From Utricularia gibba (Eukaryota > Plantae > Magnoliophyta), in NCBI GenBank assembly GCA_002189035.1, contig NEEC01000002.1:682001-746000 (forward strand): DNA of 64,000 nucleotides. The letters run 5' to 3'. The notes under the pieces are model-generated. The model was given only the letters and a program-made list of their open reading frames with translations, was not told the DNA's origin and did not search any database. Position numbers and translations under genes: made by a program. Below are positions 39,016 to 51,065 of this stretch, piece by piece. Each line of letters starts with the position of its first letter. Position 1 is the first letter of the stretch.

Positions 39016-41168
39016 ATGCGGTACACGTCCTCCACCGCCGCGGCTTCATCTCCACTACTTCGGCGCCGCCGTGGTATTCTCTTCGGCTACCTCTTGATCT
39101 TCGTCTGGATTCCGATTACGGAGGTACGATTATTAGTAACTGAGTTTCGAAGAAAATGTGCGGCTGTACGATTTGCATCTGAATCTATTTAGGTGGATGG
39201 CGGAAGAGGGGTCGATTCAAATCCGTTCACGCCTGAAGGCTATCTCCGGCGTTACTGGAAAAAGAAGGTCGATAACGATTTACCGAAACCTGAGTTTCTG
39301 ATGGAGAAGGCGTCGCCGCTCACGGCGGCGCAATATGCTGAATTCAGAAAAATAGCAAGCGATGTGAAATCTTTGTCGGAGAAATTGCCGGCGTTTTGTG
39401 AACAAGCGAATCTTCTGTGTTCATCGGTTCAGGAAAGACATGACGAGGATGTGGATTTTGTGAATTATAGGGACAAGAATTTCAGCAACTATGGAAATGG
39501 CCGTCATAGCGGAACCGACGAGTTCCGGAGATACTCCGAAAATGGTAATTCCGCTGTCGACGCTTTCCGGCGCTACAGCCGGGCTCTTTTAGCCACAATG
39601 ACAAGTTTGGAGCTTACGCTGGTGAGGCTAGTGTCGCGGACCAGAGCTTCAACAGTTACGGCACCGGCGCCCACCGCGGTGATGGCGAGTTCAAGAATTA
39701 CAATGAAAGAGTTAACGTGAGTGCAAATCTGCGATTCACGTCGTATTCCGATGGAAGCAACGGCAGGGCACAATCGTTCTCCGCCTACACTGATTCCGCC
39801 AACTCCGGCGATGAGTTGTTCGAGAGCTATGGGAAGGGCGGTAACGACGCCGACAACACGTTTACAAGCTACGGAAAGGAATCCAAAGAAATTGGAAGCA
39901 GTTTCAGGAACTACGCTGAGAGCGCCAATGGAGGCAATGATAAATTCACTTCTTATGGGTCTGACTCGAATGTGCCGGAGAATAGTTTCAGCAACTACGG
40001 CGATGGTGGCAATCATCCTACAGAAACCTTCAGCAATTACAGACATCAATCTGTTGCTGGTGAAGACAGTTTTGATTCTTACGGCAGGAGATCAAACAAT
40101 GCTGACATGGGTTTCGTCAATTACGGGCAGGACGGCACTGATAAGTTCAGTGGTTACGGCGACAATGCTAACGCCGCCGTGGTTGATTTCAAGATTTATG
40201 GCTCCGACAGTTCGTTCAAGGACTATCACCAAAAAAACAGCATTTCCCTTTCCAGTTACAGGAACCAGAGCACCGGCAATAACACCATCCCTGCAACAGT
40301 CGATTTCTTGAGTTATGGAGTGAACAACACCTTCACGGAGTATAGCAAGGAGGACACCACCACATTTTCCAGTTACAGGAACGAGAGCACATCCATGGCT
40401 GCCGGCGGTAGAAGAACCGGAAACACGTTTGCGGAGAAGGGTAAATTCTTCAGGGAGGCGATGTTGAAACAGGGAACTCTAATGCCCATGCCCGACATCA
40501 GAGACAAGATGCCGAGGAGATCGTTCCTGCCACGCGCCATCGCCTCCAAACTGCCGTTTTCATCCTCCAGAATCTCCGACATCAACAAGATTTTCCTTGG
40601 AAATGGCAACTCAAGCATCTCCAAAATGGTCACAAACGCACTCCATGAGTGCGAACGAGCCCCCAGTCCAGGCGAGACGAAGCGATGCGTGGCATCAATC
40701 GAGGACATGATCGACTTCGCAACATCGGTACTGGGCCGGAGCGTGGCTGTACGCACCACCGACGCCACCGCTGGCTCTAACGCGCAGATCCTACTAGGCG
40801 AAGTGAAGGGGATCAACGGCGGGGAGGTGACCCAATCGGTCTCGTGCCACCAAACCCTCTATCCGTACCTACTCTACTACTGCCACTCGGTTCCTAAAGT
40901 CCGGGTCTACGAAGCGGATATCTTGGATCCGAATTCCAGGTCCAAGATCAACCACGGCATTGCGATCTGCCACCTGGATACGACGTCGTGGAGCCCAGAT
41001 CACGGAGCTTTCATTGCACTGGGCCCGGGCCCCGGTACCATCGAAGTTTGCCACTGGATTTTTGAAAACGATATGACGTGGCTGCGATGGGCCCGGCCCA
41101 ATAACCCAGACCCGTCCCGGTTGAGCCCATATCAGTCAAGTGAGACACGTGTCTCGGAGACCGCATGA
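39016..41168 (+). CDS. PG1beta-type BURP protein, copy 2; one apparent -1 frameshift and an uncertain C-terminal end
   Basis: Signal-peptide exon 39016-39123, exon 2 from 39193, 23 FxxY repeats and an intact BURP domain. The frame breaks at the G run 39581-39583. After FENDMTW the sequence diverges from the paralogs (about 41080). Confidence 0.9.
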
Positions 41169-41234
41169 TCCGCTACTTTTTAGTACCAATAAATAATGAG
41201 CCACGTGCGTCGACTTATCTTCTGCGTAGTTTTC

Positions 41235-41512
41235 AATGGGTAAAAAAAGAGTTACCATTTGAGTGGAGGCAGTAAATTGTGGGACACCAATCATGAAAGC
41301 GGGCAGCAAATTTTTTATATTTCTTATTTCTTCAATCATGAAAGACTAATAATAAAAATAATTAGATAAATTTAATATTTGTATAGTTCTTACTTTTTTA
41401 AAATTTTTTATAAAATTTTTTAAATCGAATGGGTAAAAAAAGAAAAAAAGAGTTACCATTGAGTGGAGGCAGTAAATTCTGGGACACCTTCAATCATGAA
41501 AGCCGGCAGCAA
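41235..41512 (+). repeat. ~80-bp dispersed direct repeat in the BURP2-BURP3 spacer
   Basis: AATGGGTAAAAAAAG...AGTTACCAT(T)TGAGTGGAGGCAGTAAATT.TGGGACACC...AATCATGAAAGC.GGCAGCAA at 41235-41309 and 41428-41512. Confidence 0.85.
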
Positions 41513-41905
41513 TCATGTGTGTTTTTTTGGCTCTTCTCGTGGGGTCCATCTCCTCCCCATTCTGTGGCCGCAGTTTCGCCACATCGCCCTAGTGATATCA
41601 CGATCGAAGGATCACTGCTGAGTGGAGTTGAAGGCTGGAGAAAATGGGGTTTGCTTTGTTAGAAGCCCTTTTGATGTTCTAAGAAAACGAACTATGAGTC
41701 AAAATGCACAGTTTCCAGTTTAAAAATCCGAATTTGATTGAAGGGATTCGACCAGAGCTGTCCAGATGAAATGGAATGTCAGTATTCGTTTAGATAGTTG
41801 TTTTATGCTCACAATTTGGCAGTGCCCATGTGCTCCTTTGGCTGAGCCGCCAGCCCCACAATATAAGAAAACAAATGAGTGTTCTTGTTTCGTCCTTCGG
41901 CAATT

Positions 41906-43429
41906 ATGGGGACGCCTTCCGTCTCCTCCGCCGCGGTGGCGCTGCAGTGTCTCAGTCGCCTGTTGTGGTGGTTGCTGGTCTTCCTCTTAGTTCTCATCTC
42001 CGTAAGGAACACTGCACTGCCTCTTATTTGCACTGAACGAGATTTGAACTGATTTTTTGAATTAATGAAGGTGGAAGGGGTTATCGGAGGTGAGGATCTG
42101 TTGACGCCTAAAGCTTATGTGCTTAACTACTGGGAAAACCACGTCGCCCATGGGTTACCCATGTCGGAGTTTTTGACGGACAAGGCGTCCCCGCTCACGG
42201 CTGCGCAGTACGCTGAATTCAGTAAGATCGCCGTCGGTCAAAACCTCGTGTCGTCCCGACTGCCTGAGTTCTGCGCAAAGGCCAACCTTATGTGTTTAAC
42301 AGAAAACGACGAAGCCAAATCCTTGGATATTAACTTCAAACGCTACAACCATCATCACAAGGACTCTGATGCCAATCAAAAGGTAAACTCTGCTGCCAGA
42401 CATGTGAGAAGGCCTTCCTTGGATTGCTGCAAATTATATTATCTTTTACGAGCTGCAGAAGAATCCCTGCAAATGTAACACAGCAAACTTGTTCATTCCT
42501 CGTTTTTCAGTGCTTCCATGTTTTTTTTTTCTTGCCCAGGAAATCACGAGTCCTGAGTCTCTGGATTTTCTCTTCACAAGTTATCGCCAAAAGGGAGGCC
42601 GCAGGGTCAGCAAGTGTTGTCTAATTTCAATACTTAACGAGTTTCTAATTCTGCTTTTGATTTCGTTTACTAAAAACAGGGAACGACCAGGCCTCCGAGG
42701 AGTTTAGGCAAGAAGTTCCGGCTATACAACCAATACGTGGAGTCAGGAGACGATAAAGAGGTAGTGCCGCCGGGCATATTCTTCCGGGAGGCCATGTTGA
42801 AACCCAGCACCCGGATTCTCATGCCGGACTTTATAGACAAGAATCCGATAAGGTCGTTCCTGCCGCGCGACATCGTGTCCAAACTACCCTTCTCATCCAC
42901 TCAGATCGCTGAGATAAGAAACATCTTTCATGCCCGCAACGACTCCAGCATGTCCAAAATTGTCACCGAGGCAATCGATGACTGTGAGCAAGCCCCAAAC
43001 CAGGGTGAAACGAAACGGTGCGTGGCGTCGATCGAAGACATGATCGACTTCGCCACGGTGGTGCTAGGCCGGAGAGCGGTTGTGCGAACCATGGGCAGTA
43101 CTTCCGGCTCCGGTTCCACCGTCTTGCTCGGAGATGTAAAAGGGATGAATGGTGGAAAATTGACGAGGTCAGTTTCGTGCCATCAGACCCTTTACCCGTA
43201 TCTGCTCTACTACTGCCACTCCGTCAACGGAATTCATGTGTATGAAGCTGATATCTTGAACCCAAAAACCAAGTCCAAGATCAACACAGGAATTGCCATT
43301 TGCCACCAGGATACGTCCTCCTGGAGCCCTGCTCATTCGGCTTTCAACGCGCTGGGGCATGGCCCAGGGAAGATCGAGGTCTGCCATTGGATCTTCCAGA
43401 ATGATCTGACATGGGTTACTGCAGACTGA
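41906..43429 (+). CDS. PG1beta-derived BURP protein, copy 3, almost lacking the FxxY repeat domain; 4-exon model of 407 aa
   Basis: Exons 41906-42001, 42071-42382, 42540-42605 and 42680-43429 are all phase 0 with GT-AG ends and no stops. The conserved N-terminal region (LTPKAY..YW..DKASPL..FC..ANL) and the BURP domain with 4 CH motifs are retained. Confidence 0.8.
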
Positions 43430-44697
43430 GCGCAGACAGTGCAGAATAGCGACGGCGCGTGTTCTAAGAATAATGGCGGCTCCGTCGTGTCGTATCTGGG
43501 TTGCTTGTATAGCGTGTGAAGTGTTTGGTTGTCTTTATCGTGTTGTTGGAGGAATAAATTGCGTGAATGTTTCCAGTATCCTAAGGCTGTGGTGCCCCCT
43601 TCCATTACAACAGTACGAGAAAGCACACGCAGCCCTGGAGAATTTACAGTACGTCGTATGGGCCGGGCCACAGTACGAAGTTACTTCGATGGCTGGATAT
43701 TTAAATGGGCCGGCCCAATAAAATTTTGCCCTTGAGTTATTTTCGAATTTCATTATTAATTGCGATGGCCGCCTGGCGCCTGGTACCGTCTTCTTCTTCC
43801 GAGTGACTAACGAGTGACCGGCGTCGGTGGCACTTATGACAACTGTCATGTTTGTCTCACGCGAGACAGTAGCATCTGGGTTTTCCAGTCGGATAGGTGC
43901 ATATCGTGCGGAAGAGATATCATATTCTACTCGTATACTTGTTGAGTTTTGGTTTTGGAGATCAAGAATCAATTTTTTAATCTCGCGGCGTGAAATGAGT
44001 CAACATTTGTCTGAATCAACTGGCAGGGGCATGTGCCTCCATTTTCGTTATGGGTAGCAACCAAGATTGCAGCTTCCCCACTGATGAAGAAGGTTAACTG
44101 AAGGTTTTGGAATGTTGCTCTTGAATTGACGACAGGACACGTAGTTGGCAGAAGACGCTGCCTATTCATTCACTCTCCACATCTACTTTTATGGGATCTG
44201 TAACTCCTGCCCCCGTTGTCAAGGTTTCTGGAGGAAACTTCTAGAATAGGGGCCGCGCCTGTCCATGGCTTGTGCGGAAAATGGAGATCGTTCAACAGAT
44301 CAGCCGAACCCACAACCACTTCTGATCATTTTCCCGATTCTGGGTCATTTGGGAGCCCCCTGCTGCTTCTCAATCTCTCTCAGGAACCCAAGGAGAACTG
44401 CAATGGGGCATTCGTGTTTGCTTTAATCATTAGATTGAAATGATCCTTACGCAGAGTGACAGAAACGGGCGGGCGCTGATGACGAAACGGTGGGGGCAGG
44501 TTGAATTCCAGGCTGTCATTGTTTACCGTATAATAACCTAACTTCTTTCCCATATCTCCATGTTGGCATGAAGATTTGGTATCTTTCTCCATTCCTCTTG
44601 ACGATTAGGACAAGAGCCTCCTCTTGTTTTTTGATAAGACAAGGGGAAGGCTCTAATCCATTGATCCTCTGTAATTCCGCCTGTTGGTAGACAAAAG

Positions 44698-46616
44698 ATG
44701 GGGACATGCTGGGTGCTATCCCTGCAACTGGTGGAACTGTTTTTGAGTTCTCTTGTGCATATTGTGTATGGTTTCTACATATTCAGCACAGCTGTGGCTG
44801 GGGATTTGTCCTCGACTTTAAGCGATTGGCTTTTTGGCCCAAATTTGGCCGATTTTCACAAAAGGGAAGAATCTACAGGCTCCACGCAGGGTCAGCACGA
44901 CCTTCCACCGATCGTTTTGGTTCACGGGATCTTTGGTTTTGGAAAGGGGGTATGCATATGTGTATTGCGCTTTTGCCTGTTTCTAGGATTGCGCTTTTCA
45001 TAGTCACAGATTGAAGCTTTCCCTTCCGTTTTGAAGAAATTGGGAGGCTTGTCCTACTTTGCTGGAGCAGAAAAGAAAGATGACAGGGTGCTTGTCCCTG
45101 ACTTAGGTTCATTAACCAGTATTTACGATCGGTTAGTATGCTTTGAAGATCAATCATGAATGGACACCTTCTGAGTTCCATTCTGTTGTTAGAACTGAAT
45201 CTGAAAATCGTGCATATTTTAGTGCCAGAGAACTGTTTTACTACCTGAAAGGAGGCCAAGTAGATTATGGGGAAGAACACAGCACAGCTTGTGGACACTC
45301 CCAGTTTGGAAGAATCTATGAAACTGGTTGGTTGTTTTTGTCTCCATGGAATCGACCAGAGAATTGCCTTTACTTGCTTGTTGTTCATCAGGGCATTATC
45401 CTGAATGGGACGAGGACCATCCAGTTCATTTTGTCGGGCATTCTGCCGGAGCTCAGGTCGTAAGAGTCTTGCAGCAAATGCTTGCTGATAAGGTAAGAAT
45501 CTCTCAGTCCATTTCACAACAGTATTTCTTTACCAAAAAACGACCAGTTTGGTTCCATCTCAGACGTTCAAAGGCCATGAAAACACTTCAGCAAACTGGG
45601 TTGTGAGCATAACCTCGTTGTCTGGAGCTTTCAATGGAACAACAAGGACGTATTTGGACGGAATGCAGTAAGTTTTCGCCCAACTGGTGCTGTATGTTTC
45701 TTATTCAGCTTCAGGGATGTGTGCTTCTTATCCCCAGGCCAGAGGATGGCAAGTCCCTGAAGCCCATCAGCCTCCTGCAGCTCTGCAGGATAGGTGTTCT
45801 TCTCTACGATTGGTTCGACATTCCGATACTGAAATACTATTACAATTTCGGGTTTGATCATTTCGATCTGTCGTGGAAGAGGATCGGAATCCAGGGCCTG
45901 TTTCGCTGCCTGATGGGCAACGCAGGGCCATTTGCATCCGGAGATTGGATCCTCCCAGATCTCACCATCCAGGGCTCCATCAGGTTAAACCGCCGTGTTC
46001 ATACATTTCCTGATACATACTACTTCAGCTATGCCACCAAACGTACGAGGAAATTCATGGGCGCCACCGTCCCCTCGGGCGTACTCGGAATACACCCGAT
46101 GCTATTCCTCCGAGTGCTACAAATGAGCCAGTGGCGGCACCCACCGGAATCCACTCCTCCATATAAAGGTTACCGGTGAGTCAAGCGCCTGCCATCCGAG
46201 CTCCAACTCTTACTTCACCTCCTGAAATCTTCAATATCCGCAGGGATGATGACTGGTGGGAGAACGACGGAGCCCTGAATACAACCTCCATGACGCATCC
46301 TCGTTTCCCTGTAGAACACCCAAGCCAGCTGGTTACCCATGATTCAGAATTCCATCCTCTACAGCCAGGGATATGGTTGGTTACTGTCAAACCATCTGGC
46401 GTCCGTATACCTACTACCATTTCCTGTCACTGTTTTTGCATCGGCCTGCTTCTCAGGTATTACAAGATCGTGGAAGGAGACCATATTCTGTTCATAATCA
46501 ACAGAGAGAGAGCTGGAGTCGAGTTCGATCTGATATACGACAGCATCTTCGAGCGGTGCAGAAAACACGCATTCCGGAAGCTTCCCACTCTGCCCAACGG
46601 AGTCCGCCATAGCTGA
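44698..46616 (+). CDS. Lipase-like alpha/beta hydrolase
   Basis: PPIVLVHGIFGFG; VPDLGSLTSIYDRARELFYYLKGG; nucleophile elbow HFVGHSAG; SLSGAFNGTTRT; ENDGALNT; GDHILF. Confidence 0.93.
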
Positions 46617-47508
46617 GCCACCGTCCCACTCCAAGAATGATGATGACGATGATGCGCGAAATGTCTGTGTATGGTTGACCTTGGGCCCCACAGATGGACC
46701 TGGAATTCAAAAGTTTACAAAAGAAAAAGAAATATTTTCTTTTTAGGTCGGTAAAGAAAATATGAATTTAATACAGTAATAAACATGTGATGGATATACA
46801 CACGATTGGTAAAATGTTTGTATTGCCCTTCTAATATATTTATTAAATAAAATATCATTTTAATAAATAACTAATTATAATAATATCACAAGGGACCAGT
46901 GTGGTTGGCCAATGCAAATAATTATAGGATATCCATTTTTAAATGAGCTATAATTTATTTACTATATGAAGATATACAGATTAATAATTAATTATACTAT
47001 CCTATTTTTAAATGGATCATTTAGAAAATTGATTATCTTAATTTTCTATCAATTTTTTATATACGATAACGACTTTTATCATATACTAAAGAAGGGATGT
47101 ACATTTTTTTAATATATATATATATTCCAAATCAATTCCTAATGCATAATTATTAATTATATTTTAATTTATAATAATACTCCCCCACGATGTGGGGCCA
47201 GGCTTGTGAACACTTCTCTTTTCTTTTTTGCTGCTGAGGGAAAAAGAATGGCGGCAATGTGAACGTACTTGACTGAAGCTTCCGCGCCGGGAGTAGGTTT
47301 GCACGTGGCTCCTTGCGGTTGTTGAGCTGAGGCGTCATTGCTCGCTACAGCAAGAAATAAAGAACTCATTTTTGGGTGGTACATGTCAACCCCTCATGCA
47401 TTACGCAGAAGCCGACGAGAGAAACTCCAGCAGTTTTTCAGTCTACTATATAAGCAATCGTTGCTTTGAGTTTCAACTCCGCTTTGTTTCTTTTCTGGGG
47501 TAACAACC

Positions 47509-49636
47509 ATGGAGGACAGCACGGAAACCAGGCAACCGCTTCTTGAGCAGGAAGAAGATGGTCGTGATGCAGTGCCTGAGCTTTCCCCGAAGCTGTCTTC
47601 CTTTCAGAGCCTCGCCGATTTATCCTTTTTCTCCTCCTTCGTCTCCGGGAAGACGATATCCCGTCGATAGAGAGCGTTACTGGGTTTTTTTCAGCGTTCA
47701 AGGAGGAGTCAGGGAAGCTGTGGTACTTGGCTGGGCCTGCAATTTTCACTTCCCTTTGTCAATACACGCTCGGCGCTACGACACAGACGTTCGCAGGGCA
47801 TGTGGGTACGCTGGAATTATCCGCATTCTCGATCGAGAACTCCGTAATCGCGGGATTGTCTCTGGGAGTCATGGTATTGAATGAAATTGAGTAATGGGTG
47901 TTTGAAATTGGTGTTTTGTTTTCTAAGATCTGATTTTTGCGCGCAGTTGGGAATGGGGAGCGCGGTGGAAACGCTTTGTGGACAGGCGTTTGGGGCTGGA
48001 CAGCTTGATATGCTGGGAATTTATTTGCAGAGATCGTGGATTATTCTTCTTGGAACGGCTTCGATTATGCTGTTTCTCTACATTTTCGCCTTGCCCTTTT
48101 TGTTGCTAATCGGACAGAAACAAAGCATTTCTTATGTCGCCGGAAAATTGGCGTTGTGGATGATTCCTCAGCTGTTCGCCTACGCTTTGAATTTTCCGAC
48201 AGCCAAGTTTTTGCAGGCACAGAGCAAGATAATGGCTATGGCCTGGATCTCAGCTTCGGCTCTTGCCCTGCACATACTTTTCAGCTGGCTTTTTATGTTC
48301 AAGTTCGGCTGGGGATTAGCCGGCGGCGCCGCGGTTCTCGACGCTACATGGTGGTTCATCGTGATAGCTCAAGTGGTTTACATCCTTTCTGGAACCTGCG
48401 GTAAAGCTTGGCCAGGATTCAGCTTGAGATCAGTGCAGAATCTATGGGGATTTGTGAAGCTTTCTCTCGCATCTGCTGTCATGATGTGGTAACTTTTTTC
48501 ATTAGCAAGCTCCCCGTAAACATACACCCTTTTTACCTCGATCTGTTTGCTCACAGCTTAGAAACATGGTATTTCATGGCTTTGACCATCTTGGCTGGGT
48601 ACCTGAAGAACGCAGAGGTAGCTGTTGCTGCTTTATCGGTTTGGTAAGTTTACCCAACTTCTGCCTTAGAAAGACGCCATTACCTAGCAGGAATCCTGAT
48701 TCCTGAGGATGTATTGGCGTTCATCTTTTGCAGCACAAACATTTTGGGATTTACAAACATGATAGCGGTAGGATTCAATGCTGCAATCAGGTAAGATAGA
48801 TGGACAAAGTCCCAAGTAACCGAGAGGTGCTTGTACACTAGAGCAAAAACAGTGACAATTATCTGTGCATTCATGCAGCGTAAGAGTCTCAAATGAACTA
48901 GGAGCATCCCATCCAAGAACTGCTAAATTTTCGGTCGTGGTAATGGTGATCTGGGCGCTATTAGTCGGACTCGTATTCGCGGCCATGCTCCTCGTACTCA
49001 AGAACCAGTATCCGCAGTTTTTCACCGACAGTGGTGATGTAGTAGCCATTGTGTATGATCTTACACCATTGCTGGCATTCTCCATTGTTGTCAACAGCAT
49101 CCAGCCTGCTCTATCAGGTACATCTGCTGCTTGATCTCTGCGGCCCCCCATCAGGGGCCTCAAGCGATGCATATCTGAAAGGAATGTGTTGATGCAGGCG
49201 TCGCCATTGGAGCCGGATGGCAATCATTGATCGCCTACGTGAACATCATCTGCTACTACGTGTTCGGTGTGCCTCTCGGTTTGGTGATGGGCTACATGCT
49301 CGACATGGGCGCTGCTGTAAGTTCATTCATTCGTGTAGCTGCATCCGGTTCGAGCTGGAATGGTAACATGGGCATGATCTTCTGCAGGGGATATGGTATG
49401 GAATGGTATCAGGAACAATATTGCAGACAATGATCCTCTTCTGGATCGTTTACAGAACAAACTGGGAAAAGGAGGTAATAACCATTGCAAGAGATGTTTT
49501 TGATTCCTGTATCACTTACACTTGCATTGTAATTCAGGCGTCCATAGCAGTGAAAAGGATCAACTACTGGAGAGGGGGAAACGCCAGAGATGTAGAGAAG
49601 GTGGCTGTTCCTTTCCTAACCGAAGAAAAGCAGTGA
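47509..49636 (+). CDS. MATE/DETOXIFICATION efflux transporter; apparent -1 frameshift in exon 1
   Basis: ESGKLWYLAGPAIFTSLCQY; LGMGSAVETLCGQAFGAGQ; FVKLSLASAVMMCLETWY; VRVSNELGA; GVAIGAGWQ. The ATG 47509 frame stops at about 47670 unless one G is added to the run at 47647-47649. Confidence 0.93.
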
Positions 49637-50189
49637 AGAAAAAGCAATTGACCAAACTGAAGAGCTTGGTCTGAGAATGCGTTGATTCAGTTGCAAACAG
49701 CATTTGATCTCTGACTTTTGAAGGTGTCGAGAACCTGGGAACTGTCTGGAGATGCTCCTGCTTTTCAATGTTCAAAAAGTTGTACAAGTCAAATTACAAT
49801 TAACCATAATGAGATTACTTGTTTCATAATGACCCTCTAGATTCTTGAAATCTGAAGTCTAAAGGAGCAAACCTGAAGGCCAGGTCTGCTGTTTCCATTT
49901 CTTAGACTGCTGCAAGGAATGTGAAAAGCCTTGTAATGAAGAAGGTAGGTAGGTCAGAGATGTCTTCCCTTCCATTTTCCACAAGGAAGATGAAAGGGGC
50001 AACTGACCTGCACTAGATTCTCTAATATGTCAAACTTGTACCAGTATGCTCACAAACTTTGAAATTATGTCAAAATTTCGATGCCTTTACCTAACACACC
50101 TTGAAAATCCCACAGAAATGCTGCCTAAGAATCTTTTCTCACGGAATGTTTCTTTAGTGACTTGAAAAAGAGAGGGATGAAGATTGAAG

Positions 50190-50221
50190 ACACACGCACA
50201 CGCACACGCACACGCACACAC
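50190..50221 (+). repeat. (CACACG)n microsatellite in the 3' flank of the RING-H2 gene
   Basis: ACACACGCACACGCACACGCACACGCACACAC. Confidence 0.85.
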
Positions 50222-50238
50222 AGAGAGACTATGTGCAA

Positions 50239-50631
50239 TCAAGAGATGGAGCGACAAAGAGGGCAAGATGAACGGTGTTTATCGAACCACTTTTCGATGC
50301 AATCCTTATGGAAGAAATGCCGGCAGGAAAGCTCACTGACTTCCTCCCCCGGCTCATACCTACACAAGCACAAGCAGCAATCCGCCGCCGCCGGACGGTG
50401 GTTCCCATTCCCAAATCGCCTAATCGATACCCTTCTCTCGCCATGGCCGGGGGCGGAGCTTTGATCATCATGGTCGTCGTCGCCATAGTGGAACCAGTGA
50501 TTCGATTCCCCAAACACAAATTGAAGAAGCAGTTGAAGCTTTTTCTTCACAAGGGCCACCGAAAGGGCAGCGTTGATCAGGATAAAAGGCAGCACGCCGT
50601 CGGCCGGGCTCGGGGAAGTTGGAAGCCCCAT
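50239..50631 (-). CDS. RING-H2 E3 ligase, XERICO-like, intronless CDS
   Basis: MGLPTSPSPADGVLPFILINAALSVALVK (TM) and CCLCLCRY...LSCRHFFHKDCIEKWF...SCPLCR. Confidence 0.88.
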   Translation of the reverse strand: MGLPTSPSPADGVLPFILINAALSVALVKKKLQLLLQFVFGESNHWFHYGDDDHDDQSSAPGHGERRVSIRRFGNGNHRPAAADCCLCLCRYEPGEEVSELSCRHFFHKDCIEKWFDKHRSSCPLCRSIS

Positions 50632-51065
50632 TACTTCAATTTCCAGCTAGATATCAAGAAACCCAGAAACTTAATCGAACTGGGTTATCTGTTTTCCCTG
50701 ATCCGGAAACTGGGGATGGCTGGGATTACAATGAAAAGCATCCTCCTTTCGTGTGCGTTGGCTCTGGGTGAATGAACAGGAGGCAACTTGTAAGGGCGAC
50801 ACGCGGATACGCGTTTGCAGTCAGTGTGTCTGAAGGTGAGTGGTAGGGTGTCGGATCAAGATGAAGATGTGAATCCTCACGCCACGCCAGGCTTTGTGGA
50901 ACAAACAAATTACATCTGTAAAAGGTTTAATTTCAACAGCGAATTACTGCTGTAAAAAAACCAAAGAAGCGCAGTGAAAATAACATATGTAGTGTGTGGG
51001 ATTCTGTGAAGCTGTTTTTTGGCGACAAAAATTAGCCGTGTGATGATCAGCAGCAGTACTTGTGT

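Noticed and set aside
36572-41168. Calling BURP1 and BURP2 (and MATE) pseudogenes
   Set aside because: The only lesions are single missing bases in G/C runs, and flanking protein sequence is fully conserved, so assembly error is more parsimonious until reads are checked.
42013-42025. 13-nt match to miR408 (TGCACTGCCTCTT)
   Set aside because: Partial match inside a 69-nt intron with no fold-back arm.
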